A DNA stretch of 58,224 nucleotides, counting the filler, from Sphacelaria rigidula (lineage: Eukaryota), in the NCBI GenBank assembly GCA_964200075.2. It is 2 parts of 2 records of this genome, joined end to end, with 100 filler letters (N's around TTAATTAATTAA, not from the genome) between each part and the next. Parts side by side here need not be neighbours in the genome. Positions count along the whole stretch, not along the records: positions 1 to 29,111 come from CAXNAA020000089.1; 1 more part is not named here. The stretch is one strand, 5' to 3'. The position numbers and the translations under genes were made by a program. Shown piece by piece: positions 1 through 13,699 of this stretch; position 1 is the first letter of the stretch, and every line of letters starts with the position of its first letter. The notes under the pieces are model-generated. The model made no database searches. It saw only the letters and a list, made by a program, of their open reading frames with translations, and had not been told where the DNA came from.

Positions 1-576
1 GAGAACAATAGTAGCGGTGACGGGAACATTGCCCTATTTTTTCAACATGGTTTTCAGCGCACAGAGGCACGTCCTGTCCAAAAGGAGAGGCAGAGAGAAA
101 TCGATGTTCGTGATGGCAACAGGTAAGAAGAGACACAGAATTTCTCCGCACGTCGATGCTCTGGCATATGAAACATTTGGCACATGCTGGTAAGATCAAG
201 GATGCCAGTCTCTCGAGAGTTATACTTGTTCACATACAAGCCTACGCATTTCGTAGTTTCCGCATGTTTTCACGCCAGCAGCAGCAATCACCATCTCCTA
301 CAGTCAGTTTCTGCAAACCGCACAAAGATGATTCCACGTTTTGCGCGAACAATAATATACGAGCTTTATTACATTCAGCACACAGCAGTGTATTAAAAAC
401 TGCGTTACCCTGACTCTTCATCAGACACTACGCACATCAGTCACACCTGCATGCTCATATTTCGCTCAGCAGCTTCTCTGCAGAAGCCACCATGTATCAT
501 GCGTGCCAACCAGTGCAGCACAGCACACAGGTCCAGGAACCCCACCACCACCACCTACAATCGTCTACAAAACGAT

Positions 577-1743
577 TTAGGTATACAAGTCGCAATGTGC
601 TTCCTCATTCTCAACAAGCAATTCCACTAATACTTGCCCCTTGACATCACCCAACCCGGCGCTCACCGCAACATCGAGCACCTCAGGTAATGCCTGCCTT
701 GTAATTCTCCTGCGCTCCTCCTGAGAAATAGCAGCTCTCCGGCTACAATCTCGTCCACGCCGTAGAGTAGCATTTCCACTCCAACAGTTGCTCCTTGCAT
801 CATAGATGCAGCTACAGCTCTCACAGCTGTTACGAAAACCAGTGTGCAATGTCCACTGCGCGGCAGGTACCAAACCCACCCAGGCGTTGGCACCGCGTCT
901 TCCTCTCTGCATTATAACCTTTAAGGTACGAGCGACGTCACGCACCATTCGCTCACATTCACGATGTGACAGCCGCGAGTTGACCACCACGAATCTGCGA
1001 TCCATCAGCGCCTTCTTGAGCACTCTCACCACACGATTCTCATATTGTGATACCGTATCGCTGATCCATCCCTCCTGCGGCCCCAGCGCTTTGCACCATG
1101 TCAACAGATGCTTCACCGTCGTCGCCGCCGTACAAGACTCCGCGGCCGTAAACCGCACAAAGTCGCTAAGGCCATCCATCCTTACCAATATGTACTTGAA
1201 CGGATCTCCTTCGTCCAAGCCATTATCTCCCAGCGGACCACCCTCGCCAACACTGAGAAAATTGAAATGAAGCACCTTCCCTGGGCGAGCACCATGCACC
1301 ACCTCCTTGTGGTGACGGGAAACTTCCTCCCCCGCCTTGTGTGCACTCATCCAGCGAGAACAGGACTTCTTGGGCGTTGCAATCGCTGCTCTCGCCCACT
1401 CTACCTGCAAACTGCAGTACACGAGCCCGAGCGCCACCAATGTTGCGATGCAGCGTGCCAACCACGCCATCCTGACCGGAACGTGCGCCCTCGGCCGACC
1501 CCTTCCCTCCACAGCAGCAGGTTCGAATTTCACCTTCAAGAGCTCGACGCGATCAGGCGGATAACCATGCAGCACTCGCCTGAAAATGCTCGCTCTGTTC
1601 CGTACAGGCTCACGAATCTGGCTCACGTCGCTATCCGATATGCCGTTACCCGCGGCGGCTTGTACTGCCTCCTCCGGCGCAATATCAAGCTCAGCAAGCT
1701 CTTGTTCCGGGGATATGTTCATCGCCGGACTTCTCGACAACAA
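577..1743 (-). pseudogene. Pol remnant of element A: RT N-terminal stub fused in frame to integrase core
   Basis: ORF 577-1743. VLHGYPP...WARAAIATPKK (start of RT) runs straight into VLHFNFL...YILVRMDGLSDFV...WISDTVSQY...CERMVR (rve DDE core, degenerate). Confidence 0.8.
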
Positions 1744-1791
1744 CCGCTCGACTGAGGAATAAACGGGCTCCGCTCGACCTCCTGGTTGCTG

Positions 1792-2210
1792 TTAAGCGTC
1801 AACCGCGGTACTGACACGCCGACAGTGCGTAAAATCAGGCGTGTTTATACCTCGCACCGACGTGTTTCTTGCACGTGCACAGGCACCTAAGCTACTGTAC
1901 ACGTCAATGCCCAGCGCCTCCAGCGTAGGGCTCCTCATGATGATCACATCATCTGTACCCGGCATGACCGCATATGGACATGGGTCCAGCACAACCGGTC
2001 CCCAGCTGGTGTGTAAAGCGGTTCGGACAGGGCAAGTGTTTTGCTTCACGCGCTCAACATTGCCGTTAGCCAGTGTCACCAGCTGTTCATCAACCATCGG
2101 TGTGACCACTCGAACATCTGGAACCATAGCTTGTAATTTCGCCGCTACACCCACTGACATGGTCGTGATTCCAGATCCCGAGTCTAAAATGGCCTTGACC
2201 GGACAAACAC
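1792..2210 (-). pseudogene. Retropepsin aspartic protease of element A
   Basis: After removing the MITE and one TSD copy, the minus strand reads EKGVCPVKAILDSGSGITTMSVG, continuing to VTLANG...DVIIMRSPTLEALGIDV. These are the DSG motif and the C-terminal protease motif. Confidence 0.88.
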
Positions 2211-2458
2211 GACACTTTCTACGATAGCCCCCCCCAAAGCCAGCCCAAAAGTGTCACGAAACAAATGGCCAAACAGCGCCTGATGTTTGGGCCCAGGCTA
2301 CATGAAGCGCCTCATATTGGCGACATTGGCTAGAACGAATCCAAGCGTAGGAATTTCCAGCTGCTCATCGTGCTCGGCTTTTCCCACTTCGATTTACGTG
2401 AAGATGTAGCCTCCGAAAACCATGCACTTTTGGGGGGGGGACTATCGTAGATAGTGTC
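2211..2458. mobile_element. MITE, GACAC family copy 1 (248 bp), 4-bp TSD ACAC
   Basis: TIRs gacactttctacgatagcccccccc / gggggggggactatcgtagatagtgtc. ACAC occurs at 2207-2210 and 2459-2462. Orientation is reversed relative to copies 2 and 3. Confidence 0.95.
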
Positions 2459-3736
2459 ACACCCTTTTCCCCTGCACTCGGGACAGACAAGTCGGCAAGA
2501 CACCGCCTTTCCTTGTTATCTACTTGCAGACCCTCAGATTGAAAACCTGACACCTCACCTGCTTTGAACGATCTCCATGCTGGCACCGCCTCAGATTTCG
2601 AACCCGGGAACGAGTGCGATGACATGGTCTGCTGCACGCCACCAGTAAAAGCGACCGGTTCTGGTGGCAACGTCGCCCCCTCGCTGGGAGCATTTTGTCC
2701 ATCGGCTGAAAAAACAGCCCTTGTAGGGGCAGGACTCGTCCCCCCTCCGCGAGGTACCTGCCCAGGGCCCTGCGACAGCTGCTGTTGTTGTTGCTGCGTG
2801 TCGCCGGCCTTCGACTGCCCACCTCTAGTATGTTGTGGAGCAGCAGCTTGGCTTTGCTGCTTACAATCCTTCAGGAAGTGGCCCTTGTCTCCACATGAGA
2901 AACAACCTGCATAGCTTGGGCCCGGTTTTCGAGATTTCCTCGAACTGGCCTCACTGCCAGCGGTCGCCGTTTTTCCACCATTTGGTTCGCGCTTGGATCC
3001 GGAGGTCCCGCTGCCGCCCTTTTGTTTCAGCTGCGGCTGCTGACGGCGCTGCTTATCCGCCGCTTCCACCGTCTTCCATGCCTCCGCTGCTTCCCGAGCC
3101 GTGTTATACACAAGCCCAGGGTCCTCCTTCCACCTCCCCTTCATGTTCAACATGTTAAGGACTTTGGTTTTAAGTTCGGATGGGGTTAGTTCATTCAACA
3201 TTTCCCGCGTTATAATTTGAGCGGGTCTTGGTTTGAAATCTGAATCATCGCGGAACGCACGCTCAGCGCTAGCATTCTCCGCAAAAAATTCCTCCAGGGC
3301 ACCCCACTGCCCTCCTACTCTTCCCATTGCAGTCTGCTCGTTGCGGACTGCCAACGCTTTCCGCACACCAGCGACAGTAACTGAAGGATCAATCTCTTCT
3401 TCCTACCAACATTTTGCATATCGGCCTAGTGCTCCTTGAGTCATCTTCGTCAAGCACGGATCCGTCAAAAATCGTCCGTGACAAACACGCACGAATGTGC
3501 TTCGGCACCAGTTCAGTAACAGTAAATAAGACGGCCTGCATGCTACGTCATTTGTTGTTCATTTCGACCGCCTCTTCATACTCGACGTATTTCTGATAAA
3601 AACGTCGGGACGCATTTTCGCTAAAATGCCGTCCGTACTGTGGGGCTTTCAGCGATCCTGCAGGCATAAGCTCAGTAAACTTAAACTGTACCTCTTCGCC
3701 TGCATCGCCATCACCCACTTTTTTGCGCGTTGCCAT
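2459..3736 (-). pseudogene. gag: gag of Gypsy element A (frameshifted), with a CCHC zinc knuckle
   Basis: ORFs 3548-3748 and 2365-3366; the second contains CX2CX4HX4C. Its last ~30 codons come from the MITE. Confidence 0.85.
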
Positions 3737-5420
3737 AGCTGCACGCAACAGTTCCAGTCAACCTAGCCGTCTCTTTGTTGTCAGCGAGCTCCCTCACTTT
3801 ACAGAGTGCACACTCGTGTGTACAAAGTCTGATAAAATTTCTCCGCAGCTGTCCACAGCTAAAAAACCTCTTCCAGAAACCAGCGGGTTCCTCTTAATAA
3901 ACGTTTATTATAGAGCCCTCCTGGACTCAGAACAAGGTCACAAGATTGCCCCAGGGGCTTCTTTCCTCACTATGGACTGGAGACTTCAAGACAGTTGTTA
4001 TTCATAAACACACAGCCTTCATTATCGGAAGTAACCACATGAGTGAAGCATGTGATGTTCAAATCCACATAGTCTGCCGATCAGACCCGCAAGTCCGTCA
4101 AACAATAGAAAACGCCTACACCAGATTGTTCCACTTGTAGATCATCATGAACCTGCACGTACGTGTACTGGAGGTGGACTACTCTACATCCCGGCTTTAT
4201 TTTCTCACCTTATAATGTTTGATCATGATTTTTGTTTTGGGGGGGGGCGCCCTCTCGATTTGTTTGCCTCATTTTTTCGCATCAGAACTTCCTCCTGAGG
4301 CCCTCATCCTTTTTTCTCTGTCCGATGATTTCTAGTCTGGATTCCATTTGTTACTTTTTCCCTATTCCGTTTTGGTTTCTCTTGATTTCGTAGGACCTGA
4401 TCCTTTTTCTCGTGTCAGTCCTTTTTACTTCTATATTCTTTACTGTCTTAATGTTTAATGAGTTGTTTTTTTCGTATTATGGACGTGGTATGTCCTTTGT
4501 AGTTTTACTTCATGTTTCAATTTCCTTTTTCCCTTCTCTGTTTGTTGTGGGCCTGGTTCGTTCCTCCAGCACCATTTTTCGGTTTCTTTTTTCCTTTCCA
4601 CCTTTTCGCGAAGTTGATCTTGCCCCGCTCTTTGTTTTTTTTCCCGGTCTTGCATTCCATGGAGATATTGATTTCTTGGTTTTGTCAAACCCGATCCCAC
4701 ACTTTGTTTCACGTACCCGTTTCGTTCATCACGTTTCTTCGTCCTCGGAGAACGTTGATCCGATTTTAGGGTGCCCCTCCCCTTTCGAGTAGAGCAATTC
4801 ATATAGTAGAGTAAGCATTGTACAAAAAGGGTGGGCACCGAGTACCTGCTTGGACGCTGTACCATGACGGAACTGTTGATCTAAGATATAGGAGTCCCCC
4901 GGTGTCCAGTAGGTCACTTGCTGCTGGTCGGTGAGAGAAAAGCCTACGCACTCCCATCAACCAGTAAGCACTTTCTTGGTTACTGTTTAGTAGGTCAGCT
5001 CTTTTTGCGAGTCCTACACTACCCGGGATTGGTGTAAATCAATCAGGGGTGTCTAAGCGCCGTTTTACTATCGGAAAATAGTCACCGGCTATTCCCCGTG
5101 GTTTCTGTTCCCAGTGTAAATGCCCAGTGTAACTGGAATCCCGGGACGAAATAGCACATGCGAAAGCACTCGCTATGATCCGAAAGGGCGTGAGAGATTT
5201 TTTCCCCAAGCGACGAGGCTTTTTCCTGAAAACCAGGTTTTGCCTATCATTCCGATTTCATGACGAGTTTTTCCCGCGGTTAGTCTTAGCCCCAAAATTC
5301 TGTGGGTTTCTCGCCGTTAACGCGATCTTAGGCCGATGACATACAGAGTAGAGGGAACTCCCCCGGAGTGCATTAAGCTGTGACTTTCCTTACCTTCCAT
5401 TATCAGCGTGCACAAAGCAA

Positions 5421-5810
5421 GGGAGGGGGATGTTACGGCGGATATCGACTGTATATGTAGTAGGCGTTTCGAAGTACGCGTGGCAAGTGCAGTACGTCTC
5501 ATTCCATTCGCATGTTGGTGTTGTATTCCAATTGGGCGTCCTTCACTGGAGCCCCTCGCCCCTCACAACTTTTGCACCACCTAGCAACTTATAGCTACCT
5601 AGCCAACCCTAATGACAAAGCTATCGGCCACCACTTGGAGACATCTCGCTTGCAAGCAAGTCAAGAGCATCTCTCTGCACACAAAAGTGAGTCCCTGCTT
5701 GGCCTTATGATGCAGTGCTGATCGGACTCAATGGTCTGTTACGCACGAGCCCGAGGGTCACTCTGCTCAACTGCAATCGTTCACTGTAGCCAGCCGCTGA
5801 CCTCGTGTCA
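5421..5810 (+). mobile_element. Possible PPT plus 3' LTR remnant of another LTR element
   Basis: Purine tract gggaggggga (5421-5430) is followed immediately by TGTTACG; candidate end CGTGTCA at 5810. No partner LTR in the window. Confidence 0.35.
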
Positions 5811-6080
5811 CGCCTGGCCTAGTATGTTCTTCGAGAGTGACACCAGTAGTACCTCGTGATCAGACCACAACATGTATGTACACACAGCCATGCTACATAG
5901 CTTTAGCTTGTGGTTATAGTTCACCACCTTCGTGAACCTCACATATTTAAACATAAAGGTTTTGAAAACCCGTAGTTCTGTGTTCACCATTCAAACACCA
6001 GAATGAAGGATTTTTTCACACGCGAAAATTATGATCGCGGTTTTTTCTGCACGTTGATGACGATATGACCATCACAACAA

Positions 6081-6330
6081 GACACTTTCTACGATAGTCC
6101 CCCCCCCCAAAAAGTGCATAGTTTTGGGAGGCGAAATCTTCACGTAAATCGAAACGGGAAAAGCCGCGCACAACGAGCGGCTGGGAATTCTCACGCTTGG
6201 GCTCGTTCTCGCCAATGTTGCCAATATCAGGCGCTTAATGCAGCCTGAACCCAAACATTAGGCGCTGTATTGCCATTTTTTTCGTGGCATTTTTGGGCTG
6301 GTTTTGGGGGGGGCTATCGTAGAAAGTGTC
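6081..6330. mobile_element. MITE, GACAC family copy 2 (250 bp), 4-bp TSD ACAA
   Basis: TIRs gacactttctacgatagtcccccc / gggggggctatcgtagaaagtgtc. ACAA occurs at 6077-6080 and 6331-6334. The body aligns with copies 1 and 3. Confidence 0.95.
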
Positions 6331-9265
6331 ACAATAAGCATGGTTTGATGCTATACTGAACAGTACGATACCGTGCAGGACAGTACCATATCGTGCTTAT
6401 ATACATGCGGTGCAATATACGGCAGAGTTAGCGCGGCATATGCGCCACGTATGGCTAAACAAAGTGGATGCCCGTAACTTTGGGTACATGGGGGTGTTAC
6501 ACACCGTCAGCTACTGAGTGTACATCACGATGCCCGTACTTGCAGCATGCTCACCGCTGCAGTCAGTAGGACGTGAAAGGGAAGCGGACGAAGTGCAGTA
6601 CAGACAGCGCAGGACTGTATGTATGTTTTCTGCTTACAGTGCGACGTGAACAGGACTTGAACAGTGTGCGCAGCTTTATTGTCTGCCTGCACTGTCCATG
6701 GGTGTGTATGCAGTAAACCGCCGGTTGTTGCCCGCACCATATCCCGCTGCTCAAGTTAAAACTTCCACCAACAAGACATACATCATACCCAACTACTGCA
6801 GTGTGTATCTATATCACTGTGCCCAACCCGTGCTCATTGTTGCAGGGTTATTGTGGTGGTATTATAGCTGGGAAGAAGTGTCGTCGGGTTTGCAATTCAA
6901 TCTGTGAACGGTGGGTGATACATACATTATATCTGGCGTGATGGTCCCAAACGTTCGCTAGAAGCAGTTAGGACACAAGTGCACAAGTGTAAATGCACGT
7001 GCTGGAGGATACTGCACGGCCATGCCCTCCGGAATCGCAACAAACGCCTCAGAGGCCATGGTCGGTCCCTCCTCCACAGGAATGATGCTCATATTTCCCT
7101 CTGCTGTTCATATTTTCCTCTAAGGGACGTTCACGAAAACCACGTGCCCCAGAGCACCATAGTTTTGGTACTCTGGAGGGATTCAGACCTCGGAAGTCAC
7201 GGGAGCATCAAATGCTCTCCAGAGGATTCGTTTCATGACCGGAACCGAGTATGAAATACCCTCTAGAGGGTATTTTGATCCTCGCGAGGATCACTTTACC
7301 TTCGAGAGGATGAAAATTGCGACAGAGGATTTTAAGGGGGTAGCCGAATGGCCGCGTGTGTCGTGGTCACCACACCTCGAAGTGATAGTGCGGATATATG
7401 CCAGGTTTGTCTGTCGTTTTATAGCACGTACATCTGGAATCAAAAATAGCCTGTAATCCGCGACCACAAAATACAAACTACACCATGGCTTGCAATTCAA
7501 CTGCATGCGTACTTGTGATTGCGGACGTGAATCATTTTGCACTCTTATCCTCGCGTGCTGCCAGCCTTGGCTTGGTTGCATCTTCCTCTCCTCACGAAGA
7601 GTCTGCTGTGCATATTGCAGATGAATCATTTTCGAATCGTTCACCCCTTTGAATGGGATTTAAATGTCACCCGAGAGTGCCCCGAAAAAACAATTCAAGG
7701 CTCTATGCCCCTTTTCTTAATCCTGGAGTTTTCAGGGGGGGGCGTGGGGTTACTAAATCCTATACATTAATAAATATATATATATATAGTACAAAAAATC
7801 TATAAAGTTCTTCATATAAATATTTAATTCGTGTCGATGAAGCCTTTATTCTTCGCATACCTTCGGAGCTAAGTAAGGCCCAGTTATACTTATGGGTTTT
7901 GCAATACATTGCACATCACGCTTCCACGACAAGAACAAGACCAGACGAATTCCACAATGCTCTGAACACTAGGCATGTGCCCCTCCCAACCCCGATAAAA
8001 CAGCCGTTAATGAACCACATGCGTTCGTGGATCTTTACACTGTGACCCGTGCACACGATCACGTATTATCTCGCATGACACGCGTGCCCCCCCTTCCCAT
8101 CCTACCCCTTTTACCCCGTGGGTTGATCCTCCATACACACATCCTCCGTTTTGTTTACTGTCCTGACGCCCCTTCGTACGCGAACCCTTTTTTATCGCGC
8201 GCGGCACTTTCTTCACACCAGGCTACGTTGCAGTCAAGTATTCGGAGCTTTCACAGTCTGTCTGTACACGATTATCCCGAATCTAGACCAGCCCGGGCTG
8301 ATGCCTCGGCGGTTTTTTTCGGCACACACGTGCACACTACCGGTCTGTACACACTGCCTGTTCAATCACAGGTAGCACATGATACCCCTGTGCCGTGCCT
8401 CTCTCCCCCTGCAGTAATAATACACCCCGTATCGTGGTATCGAGTATAGGCAGAGGATTCACAGGTGCTATCCCAAGCTGTACGTTCAGAATCTGCAGAG
8501 CTTTTTCAAAATGCGTTGCAGCCCCTGCCCAACCTCTTGCCACAACGTGAACACATAACCCCCTCATTGTTCCACAACACTAGGCCTCGTTCACTCATCA
8601 ACCTTTTGATTTCCACAATGCCTGTGTCGCGCATGTACGCAGGTAACCAAATCATGTCTGGCATCGACAGATCACCGGCTTCTCCAGCTCTCGGTGCCGT
8701 GTAAGACGGCTTGAACATCTCGGTAAGCGGTGATTCAGTCAGTAGCGTAGACATTGCTAGTGATCAATTGGTCGAAAACAATGATGAGCTTGTGGATGCT
8801 CACACCCCTTCCAACACGGCAGTACTTGGTATGCACGGGATATTGATCCTCCGCTGCACGCCGCCGCCGCTGCTTCACGCACAGATGATCACGGTGTGGG
8901 TATGGACACCACCAGTAGAGGTGACCATACTTCATGTAGTATTCTCCCGTCCGTTCCAACCCCCATAGAGTCTGCTGTAGTAGGAGCCTCAGCCCCTATC
9001 GCACCAAAGATTTCCCGGACGACGGGATAATCACCGTCCTTACGCCCTCCCAAGAAAGTACGGGACAAAGCGAAAGCACAGTTCCAACATAGCCGCCCAT
9101 CAGCTATCCAAGCTCACATATGGGAAAAGTTCTCTCACATCGAGCAAGCTGCGTAGTGGGATGATGTCCTTGCCCAGACGACCCAAGTACAAACAGAACG
9201 GGAAAACCGTGATGCCTTCGAGGGTGCACAAAACCTCACACGCGTTCGTAAGGAAGTAAGTAGAC

Positions 9266-12101
9266 GTGAAACGGAGAGCGTTCGCTGACGATCAAAACAA
9301 GGAGGCTCGCCTCCTTCGTCAATCAGCCAAGAGTCTCCGTGAAGCGGCACTCCAGTATCAGCAAGCCATACAGCAGCACAATTCCACGGCAGAACAATCC
9401 ACCGTGCGAATTTCGGTTTCTCAATCATCGTTGAAGGAACAGTTGCGCCAACCACGGCTACTCACCCACGATTCCGTGGGGTCAGCTGATGAAACTGAAC
9501 CTTCATCGACTACCCCGGCACTGCCCACAACCGCTCCCCCCACAGTGTCTAACATAACCATGGGTCTCCCCTCGATGCCGTTGCAGACAACTGCAACGGG
9601 ATATACGACCTTGTCTCGGGTTCCACCCACGTACAGCAGCAACCAGCCCCCCCCCCTACGACATCCCCTCCCCAAACATGGTCCCCGTCATATGCTACGG
9701 CGGCTACCACATCGACAGCTGTAACTCACGCAGCCCCTAAAATCGTCCCTAAGGATCCTCACTCACACACACTGGATCTTTCTGGTGTGGAGACCTTGTC
9801 GGGTGTCCCACTATACGATTTCGTTCATGACCCCCCCCAACCTTTTGTCGTATGCATGTCACAACCGGAGACCTACCGTCCCTGTGATTGGCGAAGCTAG
9901 AGACTTGCTCACATGGTTCCCCCACCAGCGGAGAACCGCCACACTCGCAGGCGTAGTGCAAGCAGTTCAGTCTCAACCTCTATCGGACATGAGTCGCGAA
10001 ATATGTGACGATTACGTGCAACCCCTCATCGAGCTGTTCAATGAAATTGAGCAAACACGCGCTACGTTTTACGAACACGGCAAATTCATGACAGCACAAC
10101 AGCTGCAAAACACAGGTGGTATGAACCGCCTTTACGGTGATCGAGCCCAGACGAGTAGTACGGAGATTAAGTTGTCGGAGGGTGTGGATGGATGGCACAC
10201 CCAAGGGAAGAAGAAGAACAGGATGAAGGAAAGTACCGTGACCACGGGGACAAGACACCCGCGATCGCACCGCCCTCCAACGTCTGTTCATAAATCCACT
10301 ACACCCCTCCAGTCTGACAGTGACTCGATCAGTACGGGATGTTCAGATGAAAATGCACGTATCCCCACCTCCCGTTCTGCGCCGCCTACGCTCGCCGATT
10401 TTCTCCCTCTCTCGTCTAATGTCGCCAAACAGCGACACGCGGCAATCAAGATCAAGAGGGAACCCGAAACCACTCAAAACACCTCGAAACACGTTCAACT
10501 TGCTTCCTCTACCCCCTCTCTTCCACCTAACAGCCCTTCTCCGCCCCCCCAGCCCCGTAATCTATCAAGCGTGCGCTGTGCATACCTAAATTTGGATCTC
10601 AAGTTTGTGGGCAAGGTCAAGCCTTCCCTTCCGTTTCCAGTGGGATCAGATGTAGGTCTGTCGTGTAGTCAACTACGGCAACCCTTGACAACCGTAATGA
10701 GTGATATTCTGTCAATCTGTGACAATCAATTCGTCGACCTGCAGTCTAGTACGTGGGTCGACGGATGGCTCCGTCCACTACACCGAGCACCCGAAGGTGC
10801 CCTCGACTTTAGTACTCCACAAGCTGCGCAGTTGTATACGATGTTTGACACTCTCGTCGACCAAGTCGCTCGTAACCTCACGCTCGGTACATGCGGATAT
10901 GAGGCTTTCACGTCGCTACTCAGATTGATCAGTTCATCACTTGATACAAGCCATGAAGGTGAATCAACTGAAAGCCTTCTCACGCTCAGGGTACCGGTGG
11001 ATACGCCATTCGACCAGTATCTCAAGGAATTCTGTCCGTTGATATCTGTCATGGTTGACGGGGTTTGTGAGCTCGCCCCTACAGAAGAGATGGTGATGAG
11101 TATTTTCCGTTCCAATATGGAACGACGGTATTCTAGCCTGATGCCGACTGTATTTATGGGTGAAAAAGCAACCGCTTCAGTTCCATACCCTGACCTCGAT
11201 AGTATGTGGAGGCAGTTTGATGGATTGCGGTCAAACCGGACTCCGGCGATAGACGTGACGGATGCGAAGCAAAATGGCACCCCTGCAAGCGGCGGCACTG
11301 CCCAGGCTTCCGTCACTCCGCCGTCCTTTTCGGTAGCTGCACCTACTGTGTCACGATCGGAGCCGATACACCCCAAAGCGAGTCAACCGGCGTGGTTTCC
11401 TGGGTCCATGTCCACTACTGGTGAGGTCATGTTCACAGCCCCTGTACAACACCCTGACGCGTTTGCCAGTCAATTCCTCAGTTGGCCCTTTGCGGCCGAA
11501 ATTTGACCTGAGATTTTCCAAGTTAGCACTTCCATGAACAACTCGGATCCCCCCCTCTAGGCTCGGGATGTAGACCCTGACCTCAGGTCTGGATTGATTC
11601 GCAACTGCAAACACCGCTGTCTAAACTGTGGCATTTCGTTCGACGAACAGACGGGATACTCTGCGGACGGTCGCGTTCCGATGCACTCAACGCGCAACTG
11701 TGATGAACCTTTCACGAACGCATTTGGTGTACTTAACCCGATGTTCCTTAACCCACAATATTCACACTATTGACGGACTTGGCAAGCGCGTATGCATTCT
11801 TACCGTCGCCCTCAATCTGGTGACGGCCGCATTTCACACCAACCTCCAAGGCGCGGGAATCGCCACTATGGTAACGAACCCCGCGCACCCAACAACCAGT
11901 ATCAACAACTCTACTATCAGACTCAGCAAGCGAACGCTGGCCGCTCGAGCCTGCCCCCCCCCTCCTCCTGGCGCTTTTCACCCGCAAATGCAGACTCCGT
12001 CACAAGATGCTCGCCAACCGTTCACAGCGGGAAATGCTGCACCGGCTGAACCCCGCCAGGAAGAGAACCGTTCTTCCACTGATGCTAAACGTACCACCTG
12101 A
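9266..12101 (+). pseudogene. gag: gag-like polyprotein of element B (fragmented)
   Basis: The segment SSTWVDGWLRPLHRA aligns with DSDWVEGWQTPLHKA in element C gag. A CLNCG knuckle remnant lies downstream, followed by a basic N/Q/R-rich tail. Confidence 0.7.
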
Positions 12102-13699
12102 CGGTGTTTTGGAAATGTAGAAGTCCCCGCGTTTCCGAATAGCAAACAGTGGGGTAACCCCGAGTGTGCGACTGCTGAAGTCATAAAGCTGTCGCCCTCT
12201 ACATGTTCTACTTACAGTTCGCGTTCATTCCCCATTGTCTGCCACAGGCCCACATTGGGGAACCATACATTGATGGCAACACGCCGCGGAAGTGCCCCCC
12301 CCTTTTCTTTCGCTCGGCCAGTAGACACACATCACAAAACTGAATCGATGTCGTATGGCACAGGTTCAGGTTTGTGGTACGGGTACACTGGGCTCGATCA
12401 GACTGTTATTATGGGTTCCAAGGCAGCAGAGTCCCGTGCATCGTTACATGACCCCCAATTGCGCAACGACTAACCCCAGTGTGTTAATTCTAGAGCGGAT
12501 CTCCTAGTTTTACCTCCGAGTGGTATTAATCATAGCCAGTTGGATCCTTTCTCCCCGCGGGATTGGCAGTCATGTAGTGTAACACCTCCCGCCTCCGAAG
12601 CAGGAACATCTTTTGTCGCGGTAGCTGTTACCCCGCAGCCGTTCATTGCGGGACAATAAAATCAAGGTCACACACCAGCCCCCAAACGTGCTTAGGTGCC
12701 AAGCTAATGCCTGTTACACCCACGAACGAAATAACGTCGGTGCCCGGCCCCCTTTTATTTGGTGAGCGTACGTTTTCGAGCACAGAGCGCAACGGTGTCG
12801 AACCCTGGCTTTCCGTCGCTCAGCGGGTTGGGAAGGAACCCCAAGTAACAGCGCCGGTGGAGCGCCACGAGCGTGACCAAAGGCGGACTGTCCTTGACTA
12901 ACTCCCAATAGCCCCCGGAGCAGCCGAACCGTTGGTACGCTATACGCGTTATCCTCGGCAGGCTCCTCCGGATGACCCTGTAGATATCCCTGAAGATACA
13001 GTTGCACCCGTCCACAAAAATCGTGAACGGGTGTCGGTTTCATCAGATGAAAACGATTCTGTCGATCAGGCCGGTGTTTCTCAGATTTCGAAGAGATCAA
13101 CACTGCTCCCTGTCGACCCCTCACACACCATGTTAGAAGCCCCCTCTAAAATAGCGTTGTCATCTGTTGCGTCAGATACCTCGCTGCCACTTGGGCCTTC
13201 GCCTCCTTGTCATGAAAACCCCCCGTCTAGTTCTTCATCACAACGAAAACGTGGTGTAGTGACCGACGAGCCGTCCACGCTTGATCGCTCGTCCCCTATT
13301 TTACCAACGTCGTCCCCCACTAAGACGAGTAGCGAATTGACTACTGTAGCCAACTCGCCTCCACCCTTTGACGAAACGTCCCCTTGGTTGCCCACACTTC
13401 ATGCTGCACCTTCGCCAGCTTCGCAAACAGATGCTTCGCTACTTGTTGCGGCCGACCGAGATATCTCAAGCCAACGCCACCAGTTGTCGCGGCCAGCCAC
13501 GACAACTGTCCTTCCCAGGCATCGTCCATCCCTTACAGTGTACGAAATTCAACACTCGACAGATCCTCCACCAACTGCGACCGACACTCTGTGCCCCGAC
13601 CCACCTGCGGACAGAAATCTTGCTCCAAAGGATCACAAACGTTTGTATTTCAGCACAGTCGCTCACAATCACAAGCACGGTTTGTCCACAGATGTATTG

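Larger units (their letters stand above)
577..3750 (-). mobile_element. Degenerate Ty3/Gypsy LTR retrotransposon A (gag-PR-IN, with RT/RNase H deleted)
   Basis: In order on the minus strand: gag with CCHC knuckle CFSCGDKGHFLKDC; aspartic protease AILDSGSGITT (restored by removing the MITE at 2211-2458); a short RT N-terminal stub; integrase core. No LTR pair identified. Confidence 0.88.

Noticed and set aside
1-122. Possible exon ending at AG|gtaaga
   Set aside because: Short open frame at the window edge with no recognisable product or downstream partner exon.
4412-4865. Hydrophobic / Lys-rich ORF pair
   Set aside because: A product of T-rich low-complexity sequence.
4790-5030. Structured-looking segment considered as an snRNA or HDV-like ribozyme
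   Set aside because: The required pairings and conserved snRNA motifs were not found; probably a fragment of an unclassified repeat.
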